Shown here: positions 43,551-55,500 of the stretch, piece after piece
Position numbering within the stretch: the stretch's first letter is position 1
Layout: each line of letters begins with the position of its first letter
Assembly: GCF_964204645.1 (NCBI RefSeq)
Contig: NW_027437465.1
Span: 1 to 64,000 of the forward strand
Length of the DNA stretch: 64,000 nucleotides
Reading direction: 5' to 3'
Origin: Tubulanus polymorphus
Taxonomy: Eukaryota > Animalia > Nemertea
The notes under the pieces: model-generated
What the model was told of the DNA's origin: nothing
The model's database searches: none
The model's input: only the letters and a program-made list of their open reading frames with translations
Program-made: the position numbers and the translations under genes

Positions 43551-46500
43551 TTTCGACCCGAAAACGTCGTTCAGCGCGAGAAAAGACGTTTTCTCATCAA
43601 ATTCTCCCCGTAGCAGAAAAACGAAAATGTTAATGCGCCAGAAAAGCGCTCAAATCGACAGGAAAAGCACATTTCGACCCGAAAACGTCGTTCAGCGCGA
43701 GAAAAGACGTTTTCTCATCAAATTCTCCCCGTATCGGAAAAATGAAAATGTCGATGCGCAAGAAAAGCGCTCAAATCGACGGGAAAAGCACATTTCGACC
43801 CGAAAACGTCGTTCAGCGCGAGAAAAGACGTTTTCTCATCAAATTCTCACTTTATCGGAAAAATGAAAATGTCGATGCGCGAAAGCGCTCAAATCGACGG
43901 GAAAAGCACATTTCGACCCGAAAACATCGTTCAGTGCGAGAAAAGACCTTTTCTCATCAAATTCTCCCCGTATCGGAAAAACGAAAATGTCGATGCGCGA
44001 AAGCGCTCAAATCGACGGGAAAAGCACTTTTCGACCCGAAAACGACGTTCAGCGCGAGAAAAGCAGTTTTCTCATCAAATTCTCCCCGTATCGGAAAAAC
44101 GAAAATGTCGATGCGCGAAAGCGCTCAAATCGACGGGAAAAGCACATTTTGACCCGAAAACGTCGTTCAGCGCGAGAAAAGACGTTTTCTCATCAAATTC
44201 TCCCCGTATCGGAAAAATGAAAATGTCGATGCGCAAGAAAAGCGCTCAAATCGACGGGAAAAGCATATTTCGACCCGAAAACGACGTTCAGCGCGAGAAA
44301 AGCAGTTTTCTCATCAAATTCTCCCCGTATCGGAAAAACGAAAATGTCGATGCGCGAAAGCGCTCAAATCGACGGGAAAAGCACATTTCGACCCGAAAAC
44401 GTCGTTCAGCGCGAGAAAAGACTTTTTCTCATCAAATTCTCCCCGTATCGGAAAAACGATGTCGACGCGCGAAAGCGATCAAATCGACGGGAAAAGCACA
44501 TTTCGACCCGAAAACGTCGTTCAGCGCGAGAAAAGACTTTTTCTCATCAAATTCTCCCCGTATCGGAAAAACGAAAATGTCGATGCGCAAAAGCGCTCAA
44601 ATCGACAGGAAAAGCTCATTTCGACCCGAAAACATCGTTCAGCGCGAGATAAGCAGTTTTCTCATCAAATTCTCCCCGTATCGGAAAAATGAAAATGTCG
44701 ATGCGCCAGAAAAGCGCTCAAATCGACGGGAAAAGCACATTTCGACCCGAAAACGTCGTTCAGCGCGAGAAAAGTCGTTTGCTCATCAAATTCTCCCCGT
44801 ATCGGAAAAACGAAAATGTCGATGCGCGAAAGCGCTCAAATCGACGGGAAAAGCACATTTCGACCCGAAAACGTCGTTCAGCGCGAGAAAAGACGTTTTC
44901 TCATCAAATTCTCCCCGTATCCGAAAAATGAAAATGTCGATGCGCGAAAGCGCTCAAATCGACGGGAGAAGGACATTTCGACCCGGAAACGTCGTTCAGC
45001 GCGAGAAAAGACGTTTTCTCATCAAATTCTCCCAGTATCGGAAAAATGAAAATGTCGATGCGCCAGAAAAGCGCTCAAATCGACGGGAAAAGCACATTTC
45101 GACCCGTAAAACGTCGTTCAGCGCGAGAAAAGACGTTTTCTCATCAAATTCTCCCCGTATCGGAAAAACGAAAATGTCGATGCGCGAAAGCGCTCAAATC
45201 GACGGGAAAAGCACATTTCGACCCGAAAACGTCGTTCAGCGCGAGATAAGCAGTTTTCTCATCAAATTCTCCCCGTATCGGAAAAATGAAAATGTCGATG
45301 CGCCAAAAAAGCGCCCAAATCGACGGGAAAAGCACATTTCGACCCGAAAACGTCGTTCAGCGCGAGAAAAAGACGTTTTCTCATCAAATTCTCCCAGTAT
45401 CGGAAAATGAAAATGTCGATGCGCCAGAAAAGCGCTCAAATCGACGGGAAAAGCACATTTCGACCCGAAAACGTCGTTCAGCGCGAGAAAAGTCGTTTGC
45501 TCATCAAATTCTCCCCGTATCGGAAAAACGAAAATGTCGATGCGCGAAAGCGCTCAAATCGACGGGAAAAGCACATTTCGACCCGAAAACGTCGTTCAGC
45601 GCGAGAAAAGACGTTTTCTCATCAAATTCTCCCCGTATCCGAAAAATGAAAATGTCGATGCGCGAAAGCGCTCAAATCGACGGGAGAAGGACATTTCGAC
45701 CCGAAAACGTTGTTCAGCGCGAGAAAAGACGTTTTCTCATCAAATTCTCCCCGTAGCAGAAAAACGAAAATGTCAATGCGCCAGAAAAGCGCTCAAATCG
45801 ACAGGAAAAGCACATTTCGACCCGAAAACGTCGTTCAGCGCGAGAAAAGACGTTTTCTCAGCAAATTCTCCCCGTATCGGAAAAATGAAAATGTCGATGC
45901 GCCAGAAAAGCGCTCAAATCGACGGGAAAAGCACACTTCGACCCGTAAAACGTCGTTCAGCGCGAGAAAAGACGTTTTCTCATCAAATTCTCACTTTATC
46001 GGAAAAATGAAAATGTCGATGCGCGAAAGCGCTCAAATCGACGGGAAAAGCCTATTTCGACCCGAAAACATCGTTCAGTGCGAGAAAAGACCTTTTCTCA
46101 TCAAATTCTCCCCGTATCGGAAAAACGAAAATGTCGATGCGCGAAAGCGCTCAAATCGACGGGAAAAGCACATTTCGACCCGAAAACGTCATTCAGCGCG
46201 AGAAAAGACGTTTTCTCATCAAATTCTCCCCGTATCCGAAAAATGAAAATGTCGATGCGCGAAAGCGCTCAAATCGACGGGAGAAGCACATTTCCACCCG
46301 AAAACGTCGTTCAGCGCGAGAAAAGACGTTTTCTCATCAAATTCTCCCCGTATCGGAAAAATGAAAATGTCGATGCAAAACGTCGTTCAGCGCGAGAAAA
46401 GACTTTTTCTCATCAAATTCTCCCCGTATCGGAAAAACGAAAATGTCGATGCGCGAAAGCGCTCAAATCGACGGGAGAAGGACATTTCGACCCGAAAACG

Positions 46501-49500
46501 TCGTTCAGCGCGAGAAAAGACGTTTTCTCATCAAATTCTCCCAGTATCGGAAAAATGAAAATGTCGATGCGCCAGAAAAGCGCTCAAATCGACGGGAAAA
46601 GCACATTTCGACCCGTAAAACGTCGTTCAGCGCGAGAAAAGACGTTTTCTCATCAAATTCTCCCCGTATCGGAAAAACGAAAATGTCGATGCGCGAAAGC
46701 GCTCAAATCGACGGGAAAAGCACATTTCGACCCGAAAACGTCGTTCAGCGCGAGATAAGCAGTTTTCTCATCAAATTCTCCCCGTATCGGAAAAATGAAA
46801 ATGTCGATGCGCCAAAAAAGCGCCCAAATCGACGGGAAAAGCACATTTCGACCCGAAAACGTCGTTCAGCGCGAGAAAAAGACGTTTTCTCATCAAATTC
46901 TCCCAGTATCGGAAAAATGAAAATGTCGATGCGCCAGAAAAGCGCTCAAATCGACGGGAAAAGCACATTTCGACCCGAAAACGTCGTTCAGCGCGAGAAA
47001 AGTCGTTTGCTCATCAAATTCTCCCCGTATCGGAAAAACGAAAATGTCGATGCGCGAAAGCGCTCAAATCGACGGGAAAAGCACATTTCGACCCGAAAAC
47101 GTCGTTCAGCGCGAGAAAAGACGTTTTCTCATCAAATTCTCCCCGTATCCGAAAAATGAAAATGTCGATGCGCGAAAGCGCTCAAATCGACGGGAGAAGG
47201 ACATTTCGACCCGAAAACGTTGTTCAGCGCGAGAAAAGACGTTTTCTCATCAAATTCTCCCCGTAGCAGAAAAACGAAAATGTCAATGCGCCAGAAAAGC
47301 GCTCAAATCGACAGGAAAAGCACATTTCGACCCGAAAACGTCGTTCAGCGCGAGAAAAGACGTTTTCTCATCAAATTCTCCCCGTATCGGAAAAATGAAA
47401 ATGTCGATGCGCCAGAAAAGCGCTCAAATCGACGGGAAAAGCACACTTCGACCCGTAAAACGTCGTTCAGCGCAAGAAAAGACGTTTTCTCATCAAATTC
47501 TCACTTTATCGGAAAAATGAAAATGTCGATGCGCGAAAGCGCTCAAATCGACGGGAAAAGCCTATTTCGACCCGAAAACATCGTTCAGTGCGAGAAAAGA
47601 CCTTTTCTCATCAAATTCTCCCCGTATCGGAAAAACGAAAATGTCGATGCGCGAAAGCGCTCAAATCGACGGGAAAAGCACATTTCGACCCGAAAACGTC
47701 GTTCAGCGCGAGAAAAGACGTTTTCTCATCAAATTCTCCCCGTATCCGAAAAATGAAAATGTCGATGCGCGAAAGCGCTCAAATCGACGGGAGAAGCACA
47801 TTTCGACCCGAAAACGTCGTTCAGCGCGAGAAAAGACGTTTTCTCATCAAATTCTCCCCGTATCGGAAAAATGAAAATGTCGATGCAAAACGTCGTTCAG
47901 CGCGAGAAAAGACTTTTTCTCATCAAATTCTCCCCGTATCGGAAAAACGAAAATGTCGATGCGCGAAAGCGCTCAAATCGACGGGAAAAGCACATTTCGA
48001 CCCGAAAACGTCGTTCAGCGCGAGAAAAGCAGTCTTCTCATCAAATTCTCCCAGTATCGGAAAAATGAAAATGTCGATGCGCCAGAAAAGCGCTCAAATC
48101 GACGGGAAAAGCACATTTCGACCCGTAAGACGTCGTTCAGCGCGAGAAAAGACTTTTTCTCATCAAATTCTCCCCGTATCGGAAAAACGAAAATGTCGAT
48201 GCGCGAAAGCGCTCAAATCGACGGGAAAAGCACATTTCGACCCGAAAACGTCGTTCAGCGCGAGAAAAGTCGTTTGCTCATCAAATTCTCCCCGTATCGG
48301 AAAAACGAAAATGTCGATGCGCGAAAGCGCTCAAATCGACGGGAGAAGGACATTTCGACCCGAAAACGTTGTTCAGCGCGAGAAAAGACGTTTTCTCATC
48401 AAATTCTCCCCGTAGCAGAAAAACGAAAATGTCAATGCGCCAGAAAAGCGCTCAAATCGACAGGAAAAGCACATTTCGACCCGAAAACGTCGTTCAGCGC
48501 GAGAAAAGACGTTTTCTCATCAAATTCTCCCCGTATCGGAAAAATGAAAATGTCGATGCGCCAGAAAAGCGCTCAAATCGACGGGAAAAGCACACTTCGA
48601 CCCGTAAAACGTCGTTCAGCGCGAGAAAAGACGTTTTCTCATCAAATTCTCACTTTATCGGAAAAATGAAAATGTCGATGCGCGAAAGCGCTCAAATCGA
48701 CGGGAAAAGCCTATTTCGACCCGAAAACATCGTTCAGTGCGAGAAAAGACCTTTTCTCATCAAATTCTCCCCGTATCGGAAAAACGAAAATGTCGATGCG
48801 CGAAAGCGCTCAAATCGACGGGAAAAGCACATTTCGACCCGAAAACGTCGTTCAGCGCGAGAAAAGACGTTTTCTCATCAAATTCTCCCCGTATCCGAAA
48901 AATGAAAATGTCGATGCGCGAAAGCGCTCAAATCGACGGGAGAAGCACATTTCGACCCGAAAACGTCGTTCAGCGCGAGAAAAGACGTTTTCTCATCAAA
49001 TTCTCCCCGTATCGGAAAAATGAAAATGTCGATGCAAAACGTCGTTCAGCGCGAGAAAAGACTTTTTCTCATCAAATTCTCCCCGTATCGGAAAAACGAA
49101 AATGTCGATGCGCGAAAGCGCTCAAATCGACGGGAAAAGCACATTTCGACCCGAAAACGTCGTTCAGCGCGAGAAAAGCAGTCTTCTCATCAAATTCTCC
49201 CAGTATCGGAAAAATGAAAATGTCGATGCGCCAGAAAAGCGCTCAAATCGACGGGAAAAGCACACTTCGACCCGTAAAACGTCGTTCAGCGCGAGAAAAG
49301 ACGTTTTCTCATCAAATTCTCACTTTATCGGAAAAATGAAAATGTCGATGCGCCAGAAAAGCGCTCAAATCGACGGGAAAAGCACATTTCGACCCGTAAG
49401 ACGTCGTTCAGCGCGAGAAAAGTCTTTTTCTCATCAAATTCTCCCCGTATCGGAAAAACGAAAATGTCGATGCGCGAAAGCGCTCAAATCGACGGGAAAA

Positions 49501-52500
49501 GCACATTTCGCCCCGAAAACGTCGTTCAGCGCGAGAAAAGTCGTTTGCTCATCAAATTCTCCCCGTATCGGAAAAACGAAAATGTCGATGCGCGAAAGCG
49601 CTCAAATCGACGGGAAAAGCACATTTCGACCCGAAAACGTCGTTCAGCGCGAGAAAAGACTTTTTCTCATCAAATTCTCCCCGTATCGGAAAAACGATGT
49701 CGATGCGCGAAAGCGATCAAATCGACGGGAAAAGCACATTTCGACCCGAAAACGTCGTTCAGCGTGAGAAAAGACTTTTTCTCATCAAATTCTCCCCGTA
49801 TCGGAAAAACGAAAATGTCGATGCGCAAAAGCGCTCAAATCGACGGGAAAAGCTCATTTCGACCCGAAAACATCGTTCAGCGCGAGATAAGCAGTTTTCT
49901 CATCAAATTCTCCCCGTATCGGAAAAATGAAAATGTCGATGCGCCAAAGAAGCGCCCAAATCGACGGGAAAAGCACATTTCGACCCGAAAACGTCGTTCA
50001 GCGCGAGAAAAGACTTTTTCTCATCAAATTCTCCCCGTATCGGAAAAAACGAAAATATCGATGCGCCAGAAAAGCGCTCAAATCGACGGGAAAAGCACAT
50101 TTCGACCCGAAAACGTCGTTCAGCGCGAGAAAAGACGTTTTCTCATCAAATTCTCCCCGTATCGGAAAAATGAAAATGTCGATGCGCCAAAGAAGCGCCC
50201 AAATCGACGGGAAAAGCACATTTCGACCCGAAAACGTCGTTCAGCGCGAGAAAAGACTTTTTCTCATCAAATTCTCCCGTATCGGAAAAAACGAAAATAT
50301 CGATGCGCCAGAAAAGCGCTCAAATCGACGGGAAAAGCACATTTCGACCCGAAAACGTCGTTCAGCGCGAGAAAAGACGTTTTCTCATCAAATTCTCCCC
50401 GTATCCGAAAAATGAAAATGTCGATGCGCGAAAGCGCTCAAATCGACGGGAGAAGCACATTTCGACCCGAAAACGTCGTTCAGCGCGAGAAAAGACGTTT
50501 TCTCATCAAATTCTCCCCGTATCGGAAAAATGAAAATGTCGATGCAAAACGTCGTTCAGAGCGAGAAAAGACTTTTTCTCATCAAATTCTCCCCGTATCG
50601 GAAAAACGAAAATGTCGATGCGCGAAAGCGCTCAAATCGACGGGAAAAGCACATTTCGACCCGAAAACGTCGTTCAGCGCGAGAAAAGCAGTCTTCTCAT
50701 CAAATTCTCCCCGTATCGGAAAAATGAAAATGTCGATGCGCCAAAGAAGCGCCCAAATCGACGGGAAAAGCACATTTCGACCCGAAAACGTCGTTCAGCG
50801 CGAGAAAAGACGTTTTCTCATCAAATTCTCCCCGTATCGGAAAAAACGAAAATGTCGAGGCGCCAGAAAAGCGCTCAAATCGACGGGAAAAGCACATTTC
50901 GACCCGAAAACGTCGTTCAGCGCGAGAAAAGACGTTTTCTCATCAAATTCTCCCCGTATCCGAAAAATGAAAATGTCGATGCGCGAAAGCGCTCAAATCG
51001 ACGGGAGAAGCACATTTCGACCCGAAAACGTCGTTCAGCGCGAGAAAAGACGTTTTCTCATCAAATTCTCCCCGTATCCGAAAAATGAAAATGTCGATGC
51101 AAAACGTCGTTCAGCGCGAGAAAAGACTTTTTCTCATCAAATTCTCCCCGTATCGGAAAAACGAAAATGTCGATGCGCGAAAGCGCTCAAATCGACGGGA
51201 AAAGCACATTTCGACCCGAAAACGTCGTTCAGCGCGAGAAAAGCAGTCTTCTCATCAAATTCTCCCAGTATCGGAAAAATGAAAATGTCGATGCGCCAGA
51301 AAAGCGCTCAAATCGACGGGAAAAGCACATTTCGACCCGTAAGACGTCGTTCAGCGCGAGAAAAGACTTTTTCTCATCAAATTCTCCCCGTATCGGAAAA
51401 ACGAAAATGTCGATGCGCGAAAGCGCTCAAATCGACGGGAAAAGCACATTTCGACCCGAAAACGTCGTTCAGCGCGAGAAAAGACGTTTTCTCATCAAAT
51501 TCTCCCCGTATCGGAAAAACGAAAATGTCGATGCGCGAAAGCGCTCAAATCGACGGGAAAAGCACATTTCGACCCGAAAACGTCGTTCAGCGCGAGAAAA
51601 GACTCTTTCTCATCAAATTCTCCCCGTATCGGAAAAACGAAAATGTCGATGCGCAAAAGCGCTCAAATCGACGGGAAAAGCTCATTTCGACCCGAAAACA
51701 TCGTTCAGCGCAAGATAAGCAGTTTTCTCATCAAATTCTCCCCGTATCGGAAAAATGAAAATTTCGATGCGCCAAAGAAGCGCCCAAATCGACGGGAAAA
51801 GCACATTTCGACCCGAAAACGTCGTTCAGCGCGAGAAAAGACGTTTTCTCATCAAATTCTCCCCGTATCGGAAAAAACGAAAATATCGATGCGCCAGAAA
51901 AGCGCTCAAATCGACGGGAAAAGCACATTTCGACCCGAAAACGTCGTTCAGCGCGAGAAAAGACGTTTTCTCATCAAATTCTCCCCGTATCGGAAAAATG
52001 AAAATGTCGATGCAAAACGTCGTTCAGCGCGAGAAAAGACTTTTTCACATCAAATTCTCCCCGTATCGGAAAAACGAAAATGTCGATGCGCGAAAGCGCT
52101 CAAATCGACGGGAAAAGCACATTTCGACCCGAAAACGTCGTTCAGCGCGAGAAAAGCAGTCTTCTCATCAAATTCTCCCAGTATCGGAAAAATGAAAATG
52201 TCGATGCGCCAGAAAAGCGCTCAAATCGACGGGAAAAGCACATTTCGACCCGTAAAACGTCGTTCAGCGCGAGAAAATAATTTTTCTTATCAAATTCTCC
52301 CCGTATCGGAAAAACGAAAATGTCGATGCGCGAAAGCGCTCAAATCGACGGGAAAAGCACATTTCGACCCGAAAACGTCGTTCAGCGCGAGATAAGCAGT
52401 TTTCTCATCAAATTCTCCCCGTATCGGAAAAATGAAAATGTCGATGCGCCAAAAAAGCGCCCAAATCGACGGGAAAAACACATTTCGACCCGAAAACGTC

Positions 52501-55500
52501 GTTCAGCGCGAGAAAAGACGTTTTCTCATCAAATTCTCCCAGTATCGGAAAAATGAAAATGTCGATGCGCCAGAAAAGCGCTCAAATCGACGGGAAAAGC
52601 ACATTTCGACCCGAAAACGTCGTTCAGCGCGAGAAAAGACGTTTTCTCATCAAATTCTCCCCGTATCCGAAAAATGAAAATGTCGATGCGCGAAAGCGCT
52701 CAAATCGACGGGAGAAGCACATTTCGACCCGAAAACGTCGTTCAGCGCGAGAAAAGACGTTTTCTCATCAAATTCTCCCCGTATCGGAAAAATGAAAATG
52801 TCGATGCAAAACGTAGTTCAGAGCGAGAAAAGACTTTTTCTCATCAAATTCTCCCCGTATCGGAAAAACGAAAATGTCGATGCGCGAAAGCGCTCAAATC
52901 GACGGGAAAAGCACATTTCGACCCGAAAACGTCGTTCAGCGCGAGAAAAGCAGTCTTCTCATCAAATTCTCCCCGTATCGGAAAAATGAAAATGTCGATG
53001 CGCCAAAGAAGCGCCCAAATCGACGGGAAAAGCACATTTCGACCCGAAAACGTCGTTCAGCGCGAGAAAAGCAGTCTTCTCATCAAATTCTCCCAGTATC
53101 GGAAAAATGAAAATGTCGATGCGCCAGAAAAGCGCTCAAATCGACGGGAAAAGCACATTTCGACCCGTAAGACGTCGTTCAGCGCGAGAAAAGACTTTTT
53201 CTCATCAAATTCTCCCCGTATCGGAAAAACGAAAATGTCGATGCGCGAAAGCGCTCAAATCGACGGGAAAAGCACATTTCGACCCGAAAACGTCGTTCAG
53301 CGCGAGAAAAGACGTTTTCTCATCAAATTCTCCCCGTATCGGAAAAACGAAAATGTCGATGCGCGAAAGCGCTCAAATCGACGGGAAAAGCACATTTCGA
53401 CCCGAAAACGTCGTTCAGCGCGAGAAAAGACTCTTTCTCATCAAATTCTCCCCGTATCGGAAAAACGAAAATGTCGATGCGCAAAAGCGCTCAAATCGAC
53501 GGGAAAAGCTCATTTCGACCCGAAAACATCGTTCAGCGCAAGATAAGCAGTTTTCTCATCAAATTCTCCCCGTATCGGAAAAATGAAAATTTCGATGCGC
53601 CAAAGAAGCGCCCAAATCGACGGGAAAAGCACATTTCGACCCGAAAACGTCGTTCAGCGCGAGAAAAGACGTTTTCTCATCAAATTCTCCCCGTATCGGA
53701 AAAAACGAAAATATCGATGCGCCAGAAAAGCGCTCAAATCGACGGGAAAAGCACATTTCGACCCGAAAACGTCGTTCAGCGCGAGAAAAGACGTTTTCTC
53801 ATCAAATTCTCCCCGTATCGGAAAAATGAAAATGTCGATGCAAAACGTCGTTCAGCGCGAGAAAAGACTTTTTCACATCAAATTCTCCCCGTATCGGAAA
53901 AACGAAAATGTCGATGCGCGAAAGCGCTCAAATCGACGGGAAAAGCACATTTCGACCCGAAAACGTCGTTCAGCGCGAGAAAAGCAGTCTTCTCATCAAA
54001 TTCTCCCAGTATCGGAAAAATGAAAATGTCGATGCGCCAGAAAAGCGCTCAAATCGACGGGAAAAGCACATTTCGACCCGTAAAACGTCGTTCAGCGCGA
54101 GAAAATAATTTTTCTTATCAAATTCTCCCCGTATCGGAAAAACGAAAATGTCGATGCGCGAAAGCGCTCAAATCGACGGGAAAAGCACATTTCGACCCGA
54201 AAACGTCGTTCAGCGCGAGATAAGCAGTTTTCTCATCAAATTCTCCCCGTATCGGAAAAATGAAAATGTCGATGCGCCAAAAAAGCGCCCAAATCGACGG
54301 GAAAAACACATTTCGACCCGAAAACGTCGTTCAGCGCGAGAAAAGACGTTTTCTCATCAAATTCTCCCAGTATCGGAAAAATGAAAATGTCGATGCGCCA
54401 GAAAAGCGCTCAAATCGACGGGAAAAGCACATTTCGACCCGAAAACGTCGTTCAGCGCGAGAAAAGACGTTTTCTCATCAAATTCTCCCCGTATCCGAAA
54501 AATGAAAATGTCGATGCGCGAAAGCGCTCAAATCGACGGGAGAAGCACATTTCGACCCGAAAACGTCGTTCAGCGCGAGAAAAGACGTTTTCTCATCAAA
54601 TTCTCCCCGTATCGGAAAAATGAAAATGTCGATGCAAAACGTAGTTCAGAGCGAGAAAAGACTTTTTCTCATCAAATTCTCCCCGTATCGGAAAAACGAA
54701 AATGTCGATGCGCGAAAGCGCTCAAATCGACGGGAAAAGCACATTTCGACCCGAAAACGTCGTTCAGCGCGAGAAAAGCAGTCTTCTCATCAAATTCTCC
54801 CCGTATCGGAAAAATGAAAATGTCGATGCGCCAAAGAAGCGCCCAAATCGACGGGAAAAGCACATTTCGACCCGAAAACGTCGTTCAGCGCGAGAAAAGA
54901 CGTTTTCTCATCAAATTCTCCCCGTATCGGAAAAAACGAAAATGTCGAGGCGCCAGAAAAGCGCTCAAATCGACGGGAAAAGCACATTTCGACCCGAAAA
55001 CGTCGTTCAGCGCGAGAAAAGACGTTTTCTCATCAAATTCTCCCCGTATCCGAAAAATGAAAATGTCGATGCGCGAAAGCGCTCAAATCGACGGGAGAAG
55101 CACATTTCGACCCGAAAACGTCGTTCAGCGCGAGAAAAGACGTTTTCTCATCAAATTCTCCCCGTATCCGAAAAATGAAAATGTCGATGCAAAACGTCGT
55201 TCAGCGCGAGAAAAGACTTTTTCTCATCAAATTCTCCCCGTATCGGAAAAACGAAAATGTCGATGCGCGAAAGCGCTCAAATCGACGGGAAAAGCACATT
55301 TCGACCCGAAAACGTCGTTCAGCGCGAGAAAAGCAGTCTTCTCATCAAATTCTCCCAGTATCGGAAAAATGAAAATGTCGATGCGCCAGAAAAGCGCTCA
55401 AATCGACGGGAAAAGCACATTTCGACCCGTAAGACGTCGTTCAGCGCGAGAAAAGACTTTTTCTCATCAAATTCTCCCCGTATCGGAAAAACGAAAATGT